Shown here piece by piece: positions 53,128 to 64,000 of a stretch of DNA of 64,000 nt. Position 1 is the stretch's first letter. Each line of letters begins with the position of its first letter. Made by a program: the position numbers and the translations under genes. The notes beneath the pieces were generated by a model, which saw only the letters and a list, made by a program, of their open reading frames with translations, ran no database searches and was not told the origin of the DNA. This stretch comes from Octopus sinensis (taxonomy: Eukaryota): the NCBI RefSeq assembly GCF_006345805.1, contig NC_043006.1, positions 48,050,001-48,114,000 of the forward strand, written 5' to 3'.

Positions 53128-54874
53128 TACAGCTCCACCCTTGTCAGCCGTTTGATGATAATGTCAGCGCGCCGTTGGAGGGAACGAAGAGCCAAGAGCT
53201 CAGCCGGGGAGATGTTGAGGCGGCGTTGGCGCCTGGAGAAGTTGAACCGCTCCAATGCACGCTGACAAGCGCCCGCGAAAAGATCCACTGCTAGGATCTG
53301 GCCAGGGGCAGGCGTCCACGGGGATGGTCGGCGGCCCAGGCCAGTGAAGCAGTCGTCCTCTTCGTTTGGTGTGGGTGGCGAGTCGTGGTAATGCGCACCC
53401 AACCGGACACGGCGCACAAAGCTGTGGACATCAACTCGCGTCTGGAATTCCTTACAGGATGGAGTGAGGGGGATGAAACGCAGACCCCTACCAAGGACGG
53501 AGCGTTCAGCCGCAGAGAGGGGAAGATCGGGGGGAATGGTAACAACAGACGGAAGTGGAGAAGGGGTGGGTGGAATAGAAGTAGGAGGGGTGGTAGGTCT
53601 CGTGGAGGTCTGAGGGGGGATTGGGAGGTGTGTGGGGGGTGGTTTGGGCGGGCAGTAGGGTTAGGTGTAGGTGGATGGAGCCTAACGGGAGGGGAGAAGG
53701 GGTTGTAGGGAGGGGCAGTGGGGTTAGGTGTGGGTGGATGGAGCCTATCGGGAGGGGAGAAGGGTGTGGAGGAGTTGGGGTAGTGGCGTCGGGTAGGGTG
53801 GAATGGAAGAGTGATTGGAGTTTACGAAGTTTGGTATCAGAAAGAATTGATGGAAGAGTTGATTCAAATGGATAATGAAGCGTAGCGTGTTTGGAGCATA
53901 GAGAGGCGGCAGAGAGGAGAAGAAGGTGGAGAAAGCAGGAGGAAGAAGGCGGTTGATGGCATGTAGTTTTGAGAGATTGGAGCGAATGGTGGCCCGCATA
54001 AGGCGGTAAGATGTGGTGCGGAGTATGGGTAAGATGGAAGAATCCGAGTGGAGAGCAGGGTGGAAGTGGAGGCGGAAACCTTTAGGGATGAGTCGGTGAT
54101 GTAGGCAGCGGCTTAGGAAAGAGACATGGCTAGAGAAGCGGGTTTTTTTAAAAGAAGTAGAGAGAGATTAACGGACGGCTGAAGGCAATATACAGGAAGC
54201 GAACGTAGATGATCCTTCAAACGGTGATGGAGGGTGAGGAGGTAGGACCTAGGATCCGGCATGATGGGATAGCGGAAAAAAACGTTCGAAAAAACAAAAA
54301 AACAAAAAAACAAAAATTATCGTATGAAAAAAATAGAAAAAAAGGATAGCGAAAAAGGGGAAAAAACAAACGTTCAAAAAAACAAAAAATAATAATCGTA
54401 TGAAAAAACTAGATAAGTAAGCGATAGGGGCAGAAAAGACGGGGCAAACGGAAAAGGGAAAGAAAGAAGGAAGCAGAGAGAGGGGGAGGCAAAAAAAGGG
54501 GGGTGCAGGCAGAGGAAACGGAGTATGGACATCCAGAGAGGGAAGAAAGACGGAAAGGAGAACAAAAATTCAGGAAAATGTGGAAGCATGAAATGAATGT
54601 AAAAAAAGTGTTAATATAAGAGAAAATAAAAATACAACAAACGGGACAGTTTATGCGAACAAGTTCAAGGTTGAAAGTTCAAGGTGAGAAATGTGTAGAC
54701 GTCGTGGTATATTTTTTAAGGATTTCACATCAATGCAAAGTCACTTTGATCCGCGAAAGAGAGGTGCAGCCAATGGTAAGTATCCAAGAGGTAAAGAAAA
54801 TCCAAGGTAGAGGTAAGTGTTGATAGTGGTATTGGTAGAATATAGGATGAAAGTGAGACCACGTGAGCGCATAA

Positions 54875-55822
54875 TATATAACGGGAAGCTTTATGAAAAT
54901 AAACAAAAGACGAAGGCAGGTGGAAAACAAACGAACAATTGTATTAGTATGGCGCTCAGGAAATATAAATAAAACAAGTCTTTAACGTTTCGAGCCTACG
55001 CTCTTCAACAGAAAGATACACAGAGAGAGAAAAACAGAAAGAAGGAGAGAAAAAAAATGCGTGCAGTAGCTAACGAATCAACATGGCGATCTGATTTCGG
55101 CCAGAGGTCAAAGATCAAACATGAGACGCGAGAGCGAAATAAGGAGATAATAGGGTTGATAAAAGGGTTGAGGGACCAGCTAAAAGTGCGTGGAGGGGTC
55201 TGGATGTGTGTATGTATAGGGTTGGTGTATGTATTAGTATGTATAAGGGGGTGTGTGTGTGTGTGTGTGTATGAGAGAGTATTAGTGCGTAGGATTGGTC
55301 TGGACGTGCGTATGTATGGGGTTGGTGTATGTATTAGTATGTATTAGTATGTATTAGTACGTATTGGTATGTATAGGTGTGTGTGTGTGTGTGTGTGTGA
55401 GAGAGTAAGTGCGTATGCGGGGTCTGGACGTGTGTATGTATAGGGTTGGTGTAAGTATTAGTATGTACTGTATGTATTAGTACGTATTAGTATGTATTAG
55501 TTGTGTGTTGTATTAGTATGGCACATCATATGTGATGTGATGTGTAAGTCATGTGTGTGTAGTGAGGAGAAGAGGGGGAGGGGAGAAGAGGGGGAGAGAA
55601 TGCGAGGGGGGGAGAGAAGGGGGAAGAGGTAGGATGGGGGAGAAGGAAGGGGAGGAGGGGGATGAAGTAGGAAAGAGGGAGAGGGGGAGAGAGGGAGGTG
55701 AGGAGAAGAGGGAAGGGGAAGAGGGAGGGAGAAAGAGGAAGGGAAGGGAAGGGGAGTAGGGGTGAAAGGATGAAGGACTGAAGAAGTAGGGGTCGGGGGG
55801 AGAAAGGATAGGTGAGGAGGGG
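54875..55822 (-). repeat. PLE 5' (upstream) pseudo-LTR
   Basis: Direct-repeat copy of 50420-51355. Confidence 0.9.
54979..55016 (-). ncRNA. Minimal type I hammerhead ribozyme, CUGUUGA core variant
   Basis: Identical to 50521-50558. Confidence 0.65.
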
Positions 55823-55829
55823 ATATATT

Positions 55830-56628
55830 TAATGTTCGTCCTTCGGTTCGAAGATGACCAACTAACATCATCTGATGGAACTGGCGCCATGAGACCGGAG
55901 GTGGCTGGTGAGGCCAATCCGGGCAAGGAAGCCCCTCCCACAGGTGGGGCAGAAGTGGGTAGGGGCCGTGCTACTGGTGCAGGCGGCTCTGGCTTTACGC
56001 ATCTGACGTTTCTGCTCCGCTGACCGAATCCGTCCCTCCTCGGCTGTCCCTGCTCCACGGTGATTGCGCTGCGCCAGGATGAGCGGTTGGCAGCAAGTGT
56101 TCTCCCAGGTCTCTGTTCCGATGGAGAAGTCTTTGAGAGAGACCTTGAGACTATCCTTGTAGCGCTTCTTCTGCCCTCCGACTTTGCGCCTACCCTGGCC
56201 GAGTTCACCGTAGAAGAGCTGTTTTGGGATGCGAGTGTCGGACATGCAGGAGACGTGGCCCGCCCATCTCAGCTGGGCCTTGCGCATGATTGTGATGGTG
56301 CTAGGGATCTGCCTGCTTCAGAACTTCCGTGTCTGGGACTTTGTCCTGCCAGCGGATGTGAAGGAGGTTCCGAGACACCTGAGATGGAAGTGGTTTATCT
56401 GGCGCTCGTGCCTTCGGTAAGCAGTCCACGTCTCGCAGCCGTATAGTAGGGTGGTAAGCACGACTGCCCGGTAGACTTTCAGCTTGGTGTTGAGGCTGAT
56501 TCCTCTCCGCTCCCAGACTTTCTTTCGCAGTCTCCCAAACGCGCTGCTTGCCTTGGAGATTCTGTTGATGGTTTCAGCATCTATGTTGGCATTGCAGGAG
56601 AGAGTGCTGCCCAGGTAGGTGAAGTATA
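55830..56628 (-). mobile_element. 5'-truncated RTE-clade LINE
   Basis: FTYLGSTLS..RISKASSAFGRL..TKLKVYRAVVLTTLLYGCETW; LRWAGHV.CMSDTRIPKQLFYGEL..KRYKDSLK; C-terminal CPTCGRGF..GLTSHLRSH. Confidence 0.92.
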
Positions 56629-56629
56629 T

Positions 56630-57030
56630 GGCGCAGGAGTGGCTGTGTGGTGAGTAGCTTGCTAACCAACCACATGGTTTCGGGTTCAGTCCCACTGCGT
56701 GGCATCTTGGGCAAGTGTCTTCTGCTATAGCCCCGGGCCGACCAATGCCTTGTGAGTGGATTTGGTAGACGGAAACTGAAAGAAGCCTGTCGTATATATG
56801 TATATATATATATGTATGTGTGTGTGTTTGTGTGTCTGTGTTTGACCCCCTAGCATTGCTTGACACCGATGCTGGTGTGTTTAGGTCCCCGTCACTTAGC
56901 GGTTCGGCAAAAAGAGACCGATAGAATAAGTACTAGGCTTACGAAGAATAAGTCCTGGGGTCGATTTGCTCGACTAAGGCGGTGCTCCAGCATGGCTGCA
57001 GTCAAATGACTGAAACAAGTAAAAGAAAAA
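56630..57030 (+). mobile_element. SINE family B, full length
   Basis: GGCGCAGGAGTGGCTGTGTGG head through the CTGAAACAAGTAAAAG tail. Confidence 0.9.
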
Positions 57031-57999
57031 AGAAAAAAAATATATATATATAGGTTATGAGAGTTAATGGTGTCAAGAAGGCACAAAGGAGTCTGGTAAT
57101 GCTGAGTAAGTGCTATGGACAGACTATATTTAAGCTCCAGGTTCGGTGATTATGCGACGAGGAGTCCAACGTCGGTCAGTCCAGCCTTTGTATATATAAA
57201 AAAATAAACAGAATGAGATAATAATCCAAGGCTGTGGAAGATTTCAGAACATTTACAGCTGTAAGACCTTCTCTTTATAAATGTTCTAAAATCTTTCACA
57301 GCCTTGGATTATTATCTCATTCGGTTAATTTGTGTGTGTGCGTGTGTGTGTGTGTATGTGTGTGTGTGTGTGTGTATGTGATCGCTGTATTAAAATGCTC
57401 GTGTAAAATTCAATTTCATGAATGTATATGATGAATGTATATTGATCTATATAATTCATATTGTTTATACTTAATCATTTAATTAATTAGATCTTACTCC
57501 TGCTGCGAATTTTTATTCAATTAACTTCCGATTTCCTAGATTTAATTCGTTTTCGATTTTTGCAATTAAATTTTAGAAAGAATTCCATTTCATCAGTCAC
57601 TAATGGTCTCTGTGGATGAGACGTACTTGTTACAGTCTGTTGAATTAGGTACTTTGAAGACAGACCAGAGCTCAACAGTGTTTACTGACTTCGGCTTATA
57701 AACAGACAAATACCCTTCTGGAATGCTTTTCATGTTGTTATTTAGATGTTGCTTTATTTTTTATGAAATAAATTACACCTCTACGTAATTACAGTGTTGC
57801 CACCCTTAATTTGTTTTTGTTTAGCACTTTACAGCATTGTGGAAGCTTTTTACATCACAACGCCAGGCCACATAAGGTGAATTATTAATAACGAAAGGAA
57901 AAAACAAAAAGAATAAAAATTATGATTATTTTGTGTGTCTGATTTTTCAAACCGAATGATTTAGATGGATGATTCAATGAAAGAGCGTGTTTGTAATCA

Positions 58000-58401
58000 G
58001 GCGCAGGAGTGGCTGTGTGGTAAGTAGCTTGTTTACCAACCACATGGTTCCGGATTCAGTCCCACTGTGTGGCACCTTGGACGAGTGTCTTCTACTATTG
58101 CATCGGGCCGACCAAAGCCTTGTGAGTGGATTTGGTAGACGGAAACTGACAGAAGCCCGTCGTATATATGTATATATATAATGTGTGTGTGTGCGTGTGT
58201 GTTTGTGTGTTTGTCCCCCTAGTATTGCTTGACAACCGATGCTGGTGTGTTTATGTCCCCGCCACTTAGCGGTTCTGCCAAAGGGACCGATAGAATAAGT
58301 ACTGGGCTTACAATGAATAAGCCCCGGGGTCGAGTTGCTCGATTAAAGGTGGTGCTCCAGCATGGCCGCAGTCAAATGACTGAAACAAGTAAAAGAGTAA
58401 A
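58000..58401 (+). mobile_element. SINE family B, full length
   Basis: Same architecture as other family B copies. Confidence 0.9.
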
Positions 58402-58411
58402 GATATTCAAC

Positions 58412-58710
58412 GGAGGCACATGGCCTTGTGGTTAGAGCAGCATACTCGCGTTCGAGGGTTCATGGGTTCGAATCTCAGACCGAGCGATGTGTGTATGTTT
58501 ATGAGCGAGACACCTAGCTCCACGCGGCTCCGCCAATAGGTAATGGTGAACTTCTGCTGACTCTTTCGCCACAACTTTCTCTCACTCTTTCCTACTTCAT
58601 CTTGCAGTCCACCTGCGACGGAACGGCGTCCCGATCAGGTGGGGAATCTATATGCCAAGGAAACCGGGAAACCGGCCCTTATGAGCCAAGTATGGCTTGA
58701 GAAGGAAGAA
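58412..58710 (+). mobile_element. SINE family C
   Basis: GGAGGCACATGGCCTTGTGGTTAG head; ...GAAACCGGGAAACCGGCCC tail. Confidence 0.85.
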
Positions 58711-58795
58711 ATATATAGATGTTCAATGCACAATGTTTGCGTCAAAATTAAGACCTTAACGAAATAACTGTCACAATCTCAGGTAGCCCTTCATC

Positions 58796-58828
<33 letters not shown>

Positions 58829-58853
58829 ATGTGTGTGTGTGTATGTGTGTGTG

Positions 58854-58892
<39 letters not shown>

Positions 58893-59009
58893 TATGTACA
58901 GTAATTCATTGACTATCGCTGATGTTACGTTCGAAAATCCCAAACGGATAGGTGAACCGCGAACAAGTACACTGTGATATGGAGAGGGATTAATGTATAT
59001 ATAATAATC

Positions 59010-59049
<40 letters not shown>

Positions 59050-59053
<4 letters not shown>

Positions 59054-60200
59054 TATAGGGAGTATAACTCCAAACTTACAGGAAAAATTCAATTTAGTAT
59101 TAAATCAAATTTCACAGAATAAATATATAAAATATGAACTAGAGATAAAAGCACTATTATGCAATTCAAACAGTGATAGACATAAACCAATACATAAATA
59201 ACAAATATATATATATTTTTTTTTTTAAATATATAACTTATAACTATATCTCAAAAAGTATATATTGAATGATAAATATATAATATAATAAGTAAAAACA
59301 CCACGTACATTTCATGGTTACAATTAAATTCGAATTACAATTAAGTTTAAATTCAATTGAAATAAATTCGAATTAAAATTATAGTCAATCTTCAGGTTAA
59401 TGATAATAGTTAAATAAATAAGCAAATAGAGTTAAACAATATTTATTTAAGAAATAAATAATAATTTTTCTTATAGAAAAAACTCCATTAACTAAATTAG
59501 AAACTCAAAACATTAGGATTATTTCCTACGACACATTTATAATGTTAAATATTTATTTTTAAGGTAAAAAATATATAGAAATATGTATTTATTTTGAAGA
59601 TATAATTTGGCTTTAAAAACATAATAAACTCTCGAATATCTTTAACTCAGTTATACTCCGATATTTAATTACCAAAATAATCACTATTCATATTTTTAGA
59701 TTTAAGTTCACAGTTAATAATTATAAAATATTTAAAAATAAGTACCTAAATTATAATCAACATATATAGTAATTAAAAATTTTAAATGTTCTCTATCAAT
59801 AAATATATAGACATATAACGAAAAATAAATAAATTAATTAGTCCATTATTACTTACATAAATATTATAAATATCAATAGAATATATTTATGAAAAATTAA
59901 AGATTAAAAATCAAATTAAAAACGAATAAACTATCTTAAAAGAACCGTATAACAATTTTACGATCTATATACCACAGTGACTAAATCATATCTTACAAAT
60001 TACGTAGAGTTATAGTCTAATAATTAAATATACATATCTAAAATATCATCAACAACTAAATAATTATAGATTCAAAATAAAAATCAGTAGTTACATAGAA
60101 TACAATACAATAAAACTTCTTAAAATATCTTAAAACTTCTTAAATAGAAATCGGTTTACTTAACTCTCGAAAACCGTGCGAGAGTTAAGTAAACCTTAAT
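59050..60200. mobile_element. Extremely AT-rich decayed element, unclassified
   Basis: The left ~75 bp is homologous to the reverse complement of ~3090-3170. It ends in a 17-bp perfect hairpin. No intact ORF. Confidence 0.35.
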
Positions 60201-60892
60201 CACTGCTGACCTGAAGATAAATAACACATCTATTTACTTTCTCATGTCTTTCCAAATCCCATACGAAGAGTATATATATTGTGTTTCATTCTTTTACATG
60301 TCTAGTCTGCATTTATAACTATTAACATCACAGATTTATCAATATCCACATGATGATTTATCTCTCAACATCAACAGGATATTAACGTAATAACGATAGA
60401 CGGTGAGTATTTTCCAGTCACTACCTATCAATAGATTTCTACACAGTGAGTTACGTTATACTGCAAATGAAGTTTCCGTCCTTTAGCATTCGATTATTCC
60501 CGTTAAATCATTATCGTGTCAGTGACTGAGTATTGTATGCACGGTTTAACCGTGTCCGCGAAATGTCAAAATAGTCGTGCGGAAATTACTTTCATTCACA
60601 TATATTTTTGGCTGATCATTAGTAAGGAATGACACACAAAAAAGAAAGAAGAAAGCAAAGGACCACTAACGAAGCCACGTAAGTGTGACGAAAGAACTCT
60701 AGCCGAAATACGATTAATATAAAATAAAACTGAAGCAAGTGAACACCAAATATATAGTGCGTGTGTTTTTATTGGCTAAACTGGCAACATGACCATCCCC
60801 AAATACACTGTGTCAACATACGAATTTACATCAAGAATCTTGCAAAACAAATATATATACATATATATATATATAACATACATATATATATA

Positions 60893-60936
<44 letters not shown>

Positions 60937-61162
60937 TATATTATATATATATATATATATATGTTTAAAGGGTAAAAACCCGCTTCGGTCCATGGGATTG
61001 CACCTAGAAGGTTCACCTTCAAGGTACAAGAGCCGAAGACAGTGGGTAGGGAAAGATGTTTCTCCTTTACCTACCCACTGTCTTCGGCCCAGTCTAAAGA
61101 AAGTTTTCATCACATAAGGTGTTGGTAATTGTTTTGTGGGATATGAACTATAATAATAACTG

Positions 61163-61217
<55 letters not shown>

Positions 61218-61277
61218 AAGAAGAAGAAGAAGAAGAAGAAGAAGAAATATATATATATACATATACATATACACACA

Positions 61278-61326
<49 letters not shown>

Positions 61327-61774
61327 CGGATCTTAAGATGTGTAGAATGGTATATAGAGCTGGTAAAATACAGCAAAGAACTTAGGTTATCTGACCGCCA
61401 CATCTTGAGAAATTGAAATAGGCTTCAGATATAGATATAGATATGATATACATAAATGATGTTATTGAAGAGCGTCTGAATATTATTACAAACAAATCAT
61501 CATGAGAGAAAAATTAAAGGTAAAAATAAGAGATGTAATGAGATTACATTATTTAAGAGAAATACAGGAAAAAGTTAGACGTATTATTATGTCATTGTTT
61601 TGACCAAGTAGTAATTTAAACACTCAAACACTATTCAATTTTGGTTACTTTCAATATATTCTCTAATAAATATCATTTATAACATTAAATGTCAAATACG
61701 TTGTCCCCATGTACAAGTTGTTAAATAACAGAGTTACTGAAAAATATTCTTGAGCAGTTTATGTACAAAGACCA

Positions 61775-62038
61775 TTAAATAAATAAATAAATGCGCCCTT
61801 TTAAGGGCCTAACCAGGCTCGTGGGCCCGGTTTCCCGGTTTCAATGGCGTATGTGTTCCCCAGCTGGACGGGGCGCCAGTACATCGCAGCGTTACTCATT
61901 TTTGCCAGCTAGGTGGACTGGAGCAACGTGAAATGAAGTGTTTTGCTCAAGAACACAACACGTCGCCCGGTCCAAGAATCGAAACCACAATCTTACGATC
62001 ATGATGCTGACACCCTAACCACTAAGCCACGCGCCTCC
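61775..62038 (-). mobile_element. tRNA-derived SINE related to family C
   Basis: Reverse complement reads GGAGGCGCGTGGCTTAGTGGTTAGGG...GTTTCGATTC...TTGAGCAAAACACTT...GAAACCGGGAAACCGGGCCC...(ATTT)n. Confidence 0.85.
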
Positions 62039-62095
62039 ACACAAAGACCATTACAGAATAGAATACTGTTAAACTATAGAGAAAATGATAATAAC

Positions 62096-62150
<55 letters not shown>

Positions 62151-62931
62151 AAACTCTTATGACAGTTATGATTAATCTGTGATGCAATTATTTCGTAAAA
62201 CAATTCATACGTTGTACAGACACGTAGAGGTGCGAAAATTATGGGATAATCTAAAGAAAAGTAAACTCGTTGACCACGGTAGGAACGCTTCAGTCATGAA
62301 TGCCCTGGTACTAAACAATAACTGTAACAAAAGAATGGTCCGAAACTGAATGGATGCGAAGAATTCTTTTCTTCTTTTCCTTTAATTCTGTCTGTGATGA
62401 GTCTACCATAACGACCCCTGGTGTTATTGTTACTTAACTGAGACTAATGAGAAAAATGAAATACCGTTAATGAGGACAATGATAAATACATATTTTATGG
62501 TGTTGTTCGTCTTGTTTGATTGATGACCGTTAGATGAGGATGAGGAGGAAATGGAAATGGTGGGAACAAAGGAGAAAGAATAGGAGAGAAATTCTGATAA
62601 GGTTTTTCTTATTTGGCGTTGTTGCTATTATTGTTGTAGTTGCTTCTGTTGTTGATGCTGCTGATGATGATAATGATGATCATGATCATGATCATGAAGA
62701 TCATGATGATGATGGAAGTAATCAAGCATTAACTATGTTGTGGCTAAGCGAGTACTTGGAGAATAGCAAGTAGTTATAATCCGTTATTCTTACCAGTCAT
62801 GTAAGAAAATTGTTTTAAAGTCTTTATCTGTTATCTCCCTTGAATAAAGAATGATAAAAGTATATTACACCATGATTCACCCCAATTGAGACTGAAGGGC
62901 ACATTAGTTAAATTGATACTATATATCATTA

Positions 62932-63452
62932 CTAGCACTATGACCCAGCGTTGCCGGGTCCAGTGCTACTGCTTGTTGTTCGTTGCCGAGTCGAAGTAAA
63001 AAATTTCTCACTAAATCAAGAGCTAAGTTTCTTACCACATTTCAGCCCGGGCCAATTTTGTTGTTTATGAGCTAGTTGGAACTTTTTATGAGAGTAATTA
63101 ATATTCATTGGACTTCGGTTTTTACACCTGGAAGGACATAATCATGGAAAATGAGCGGGCCTGTGTACATGTCATTAATCGGACAAAAAAGAAGGCAGAA
63201 GAAAGGGAAAAACTCGAATTTGGACGGTAAAATAACTTATGGGCATGAGGGGTCGGTTTATAGATTTTTTTTTTAATGGCTTTCTGGGGTGACTGGGGAA
63301 ATAAAAATATCTTCACGAACACCCTCAGTCAGTTTTGAAAGCACATAAAAAATGCGAGCCTTTTACGTGAAAAACTGTGGATTTATATAAAGGACACAGA
63401 GACACACAGACACACAGATACACAAATATTTTGCCGTTTATAGATATAGAGA
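62932..63452 (-). mobile_element. Complete non-autonomous Helitron (~520 bp)
   Basis: Minus strand: A|TCTCTATATCTATAAACGGC 5' end, GC-rich subterminal hairpin GACCCGGCAACGCTGGGTC and terminal CTAG|T. Confidence 0.8.
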
Positions 63453-63459
63453 TATTGTA

Positions 63460-63512
63460 TTCTTTTGGTTGTTTCAGTCATTTGATTGCGACCATGTTGG
63501 GGCACCGCCTTG
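63460..63512 (-). mobile_element. SINE family B 3'-end fragment
   Basis: GTTTCAGTCATTTGATTGCGACCATGTTGGGGCACCGCCTT is the reverse complement of the family B tail. Confidence 0.7.
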
Positions 63513-64000
63513 AATATAAAGACGGTATATTCAAGGCAGATAAATCTATTGCCCTCAATCAGATTTAGGGTGGGGACTAAATCAAAATATAAACAAATTT
63601 GGATAAAATTGCTGATGTATCTTTCGTGAATGACAATGTCACCCAATATTTCGATCTATCATCTTCCACCCTAAAATATATAAGCACTGTTGCCTTACAG
63701 GGTAGTTACCTCTATTAACTTAACGTTGTGTTGACAGAGTCGTTAAGTAATCGGATAATAAACGTTTTGATCCGACTTTCTGAGTTCAATTTCTGCCTGG
63801 GTCAACTTAGACTTTCATCCGATTAAGATAAAAATAAATGCATCAATCAAAAATGGTGAAGTGGCAGTATCGTCAGAAGATCGGGCTGGATGCCTGACGG
63901 TATCTTTCCGACTCTTTTAGTTTTGTATGCAAAATCTGCCAACACCTATATGGAATCCGATTTGAGGATACTTTCAATGTTACCGTCAATCACGGAGTCT

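Larger units (their letters stand above)
50420..55822 (-). mobile_element. Penelope-like element (Neptune-like), near full length, with tandem pseudo-LTRs
   Basis: N-terminal CLHHRLIPKGFRL, PLE-type RT and C-terminal GIY-YIG. The 3' UTR (50420-51355) is duplicated upstream (54875-55822). The ORF from ATG 54262 to stop 51365 is broken by several frameshifts. The Neptune assignment is inferred from the N-terminus and the Cys-containing linker. Confidence 0.92.

Noticed and set aside
53660-53735. Telomeric repeat (GGGTTAGG)
   Set aside because: Only two isolated matches, inside the PLE's 63-bp duplication, and not an array.
51424-53999. Plus-strand and alternate-frame ORFs over the PLE
   Set aside because: They are shadow ORFs of a GC-rich RT coding region.
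59050-60130. Mitochondrial insertion (NUMT)
   Set aside because: Very AT-rich, but no recognisable mitochondrial gene, tRNA or rRNA, and one end is shared with a dispersed repeat at ~3090-3170.

Overview
AT-rich, repeat-dominated eukaryotic genomic DNA with no recognisable host protein-coding gene. The SINE repertoire and the density of (TA)n/(GATA)n/(ATT)n microsatellites suggest an octopod cephalopod; this is an inference, not a database match. Most ORF-track entries are microsatellite artefacts. Supported content: (i) a near full-length Penelope-like element on the minus strand (50420-55822) with RT, GIY-YIG and two ~0.94-kb pseudo-LTRs, each carrying a minimal hammerhead ribozyme with a non-canonical CUGUUGA core; the same variant core occurs in a diverged solo fragment at ~1.66 kb; (ii) a ~2-kb L1/Tx1-like element with a decayed ORF1 but no RT, inserted with a perfect 15-bp TSD into the tRNA-like head of a SINE (13505-15495); (iii) CR1-like, RTE-like and two stacked R4/Dong-like LINE fragments; (iv) mariner remnants, a hAT MITE with TSD and a complete non-autonomous Helitron; (v) more than 20 tRNA-derived SINE copies from 3-4 families, one of which recurs with a fixed dimer junction; (vi) several foldback or hairpin elements anchored in (TA)n, some with fossil hammerhead-like cores. 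A few short plus-strand segments have good splice signals and could be micro-exons of a long-intron host gene, but this is weak. All alignments were done by eye, and SINE and degenerate-element boundaries are approximate.
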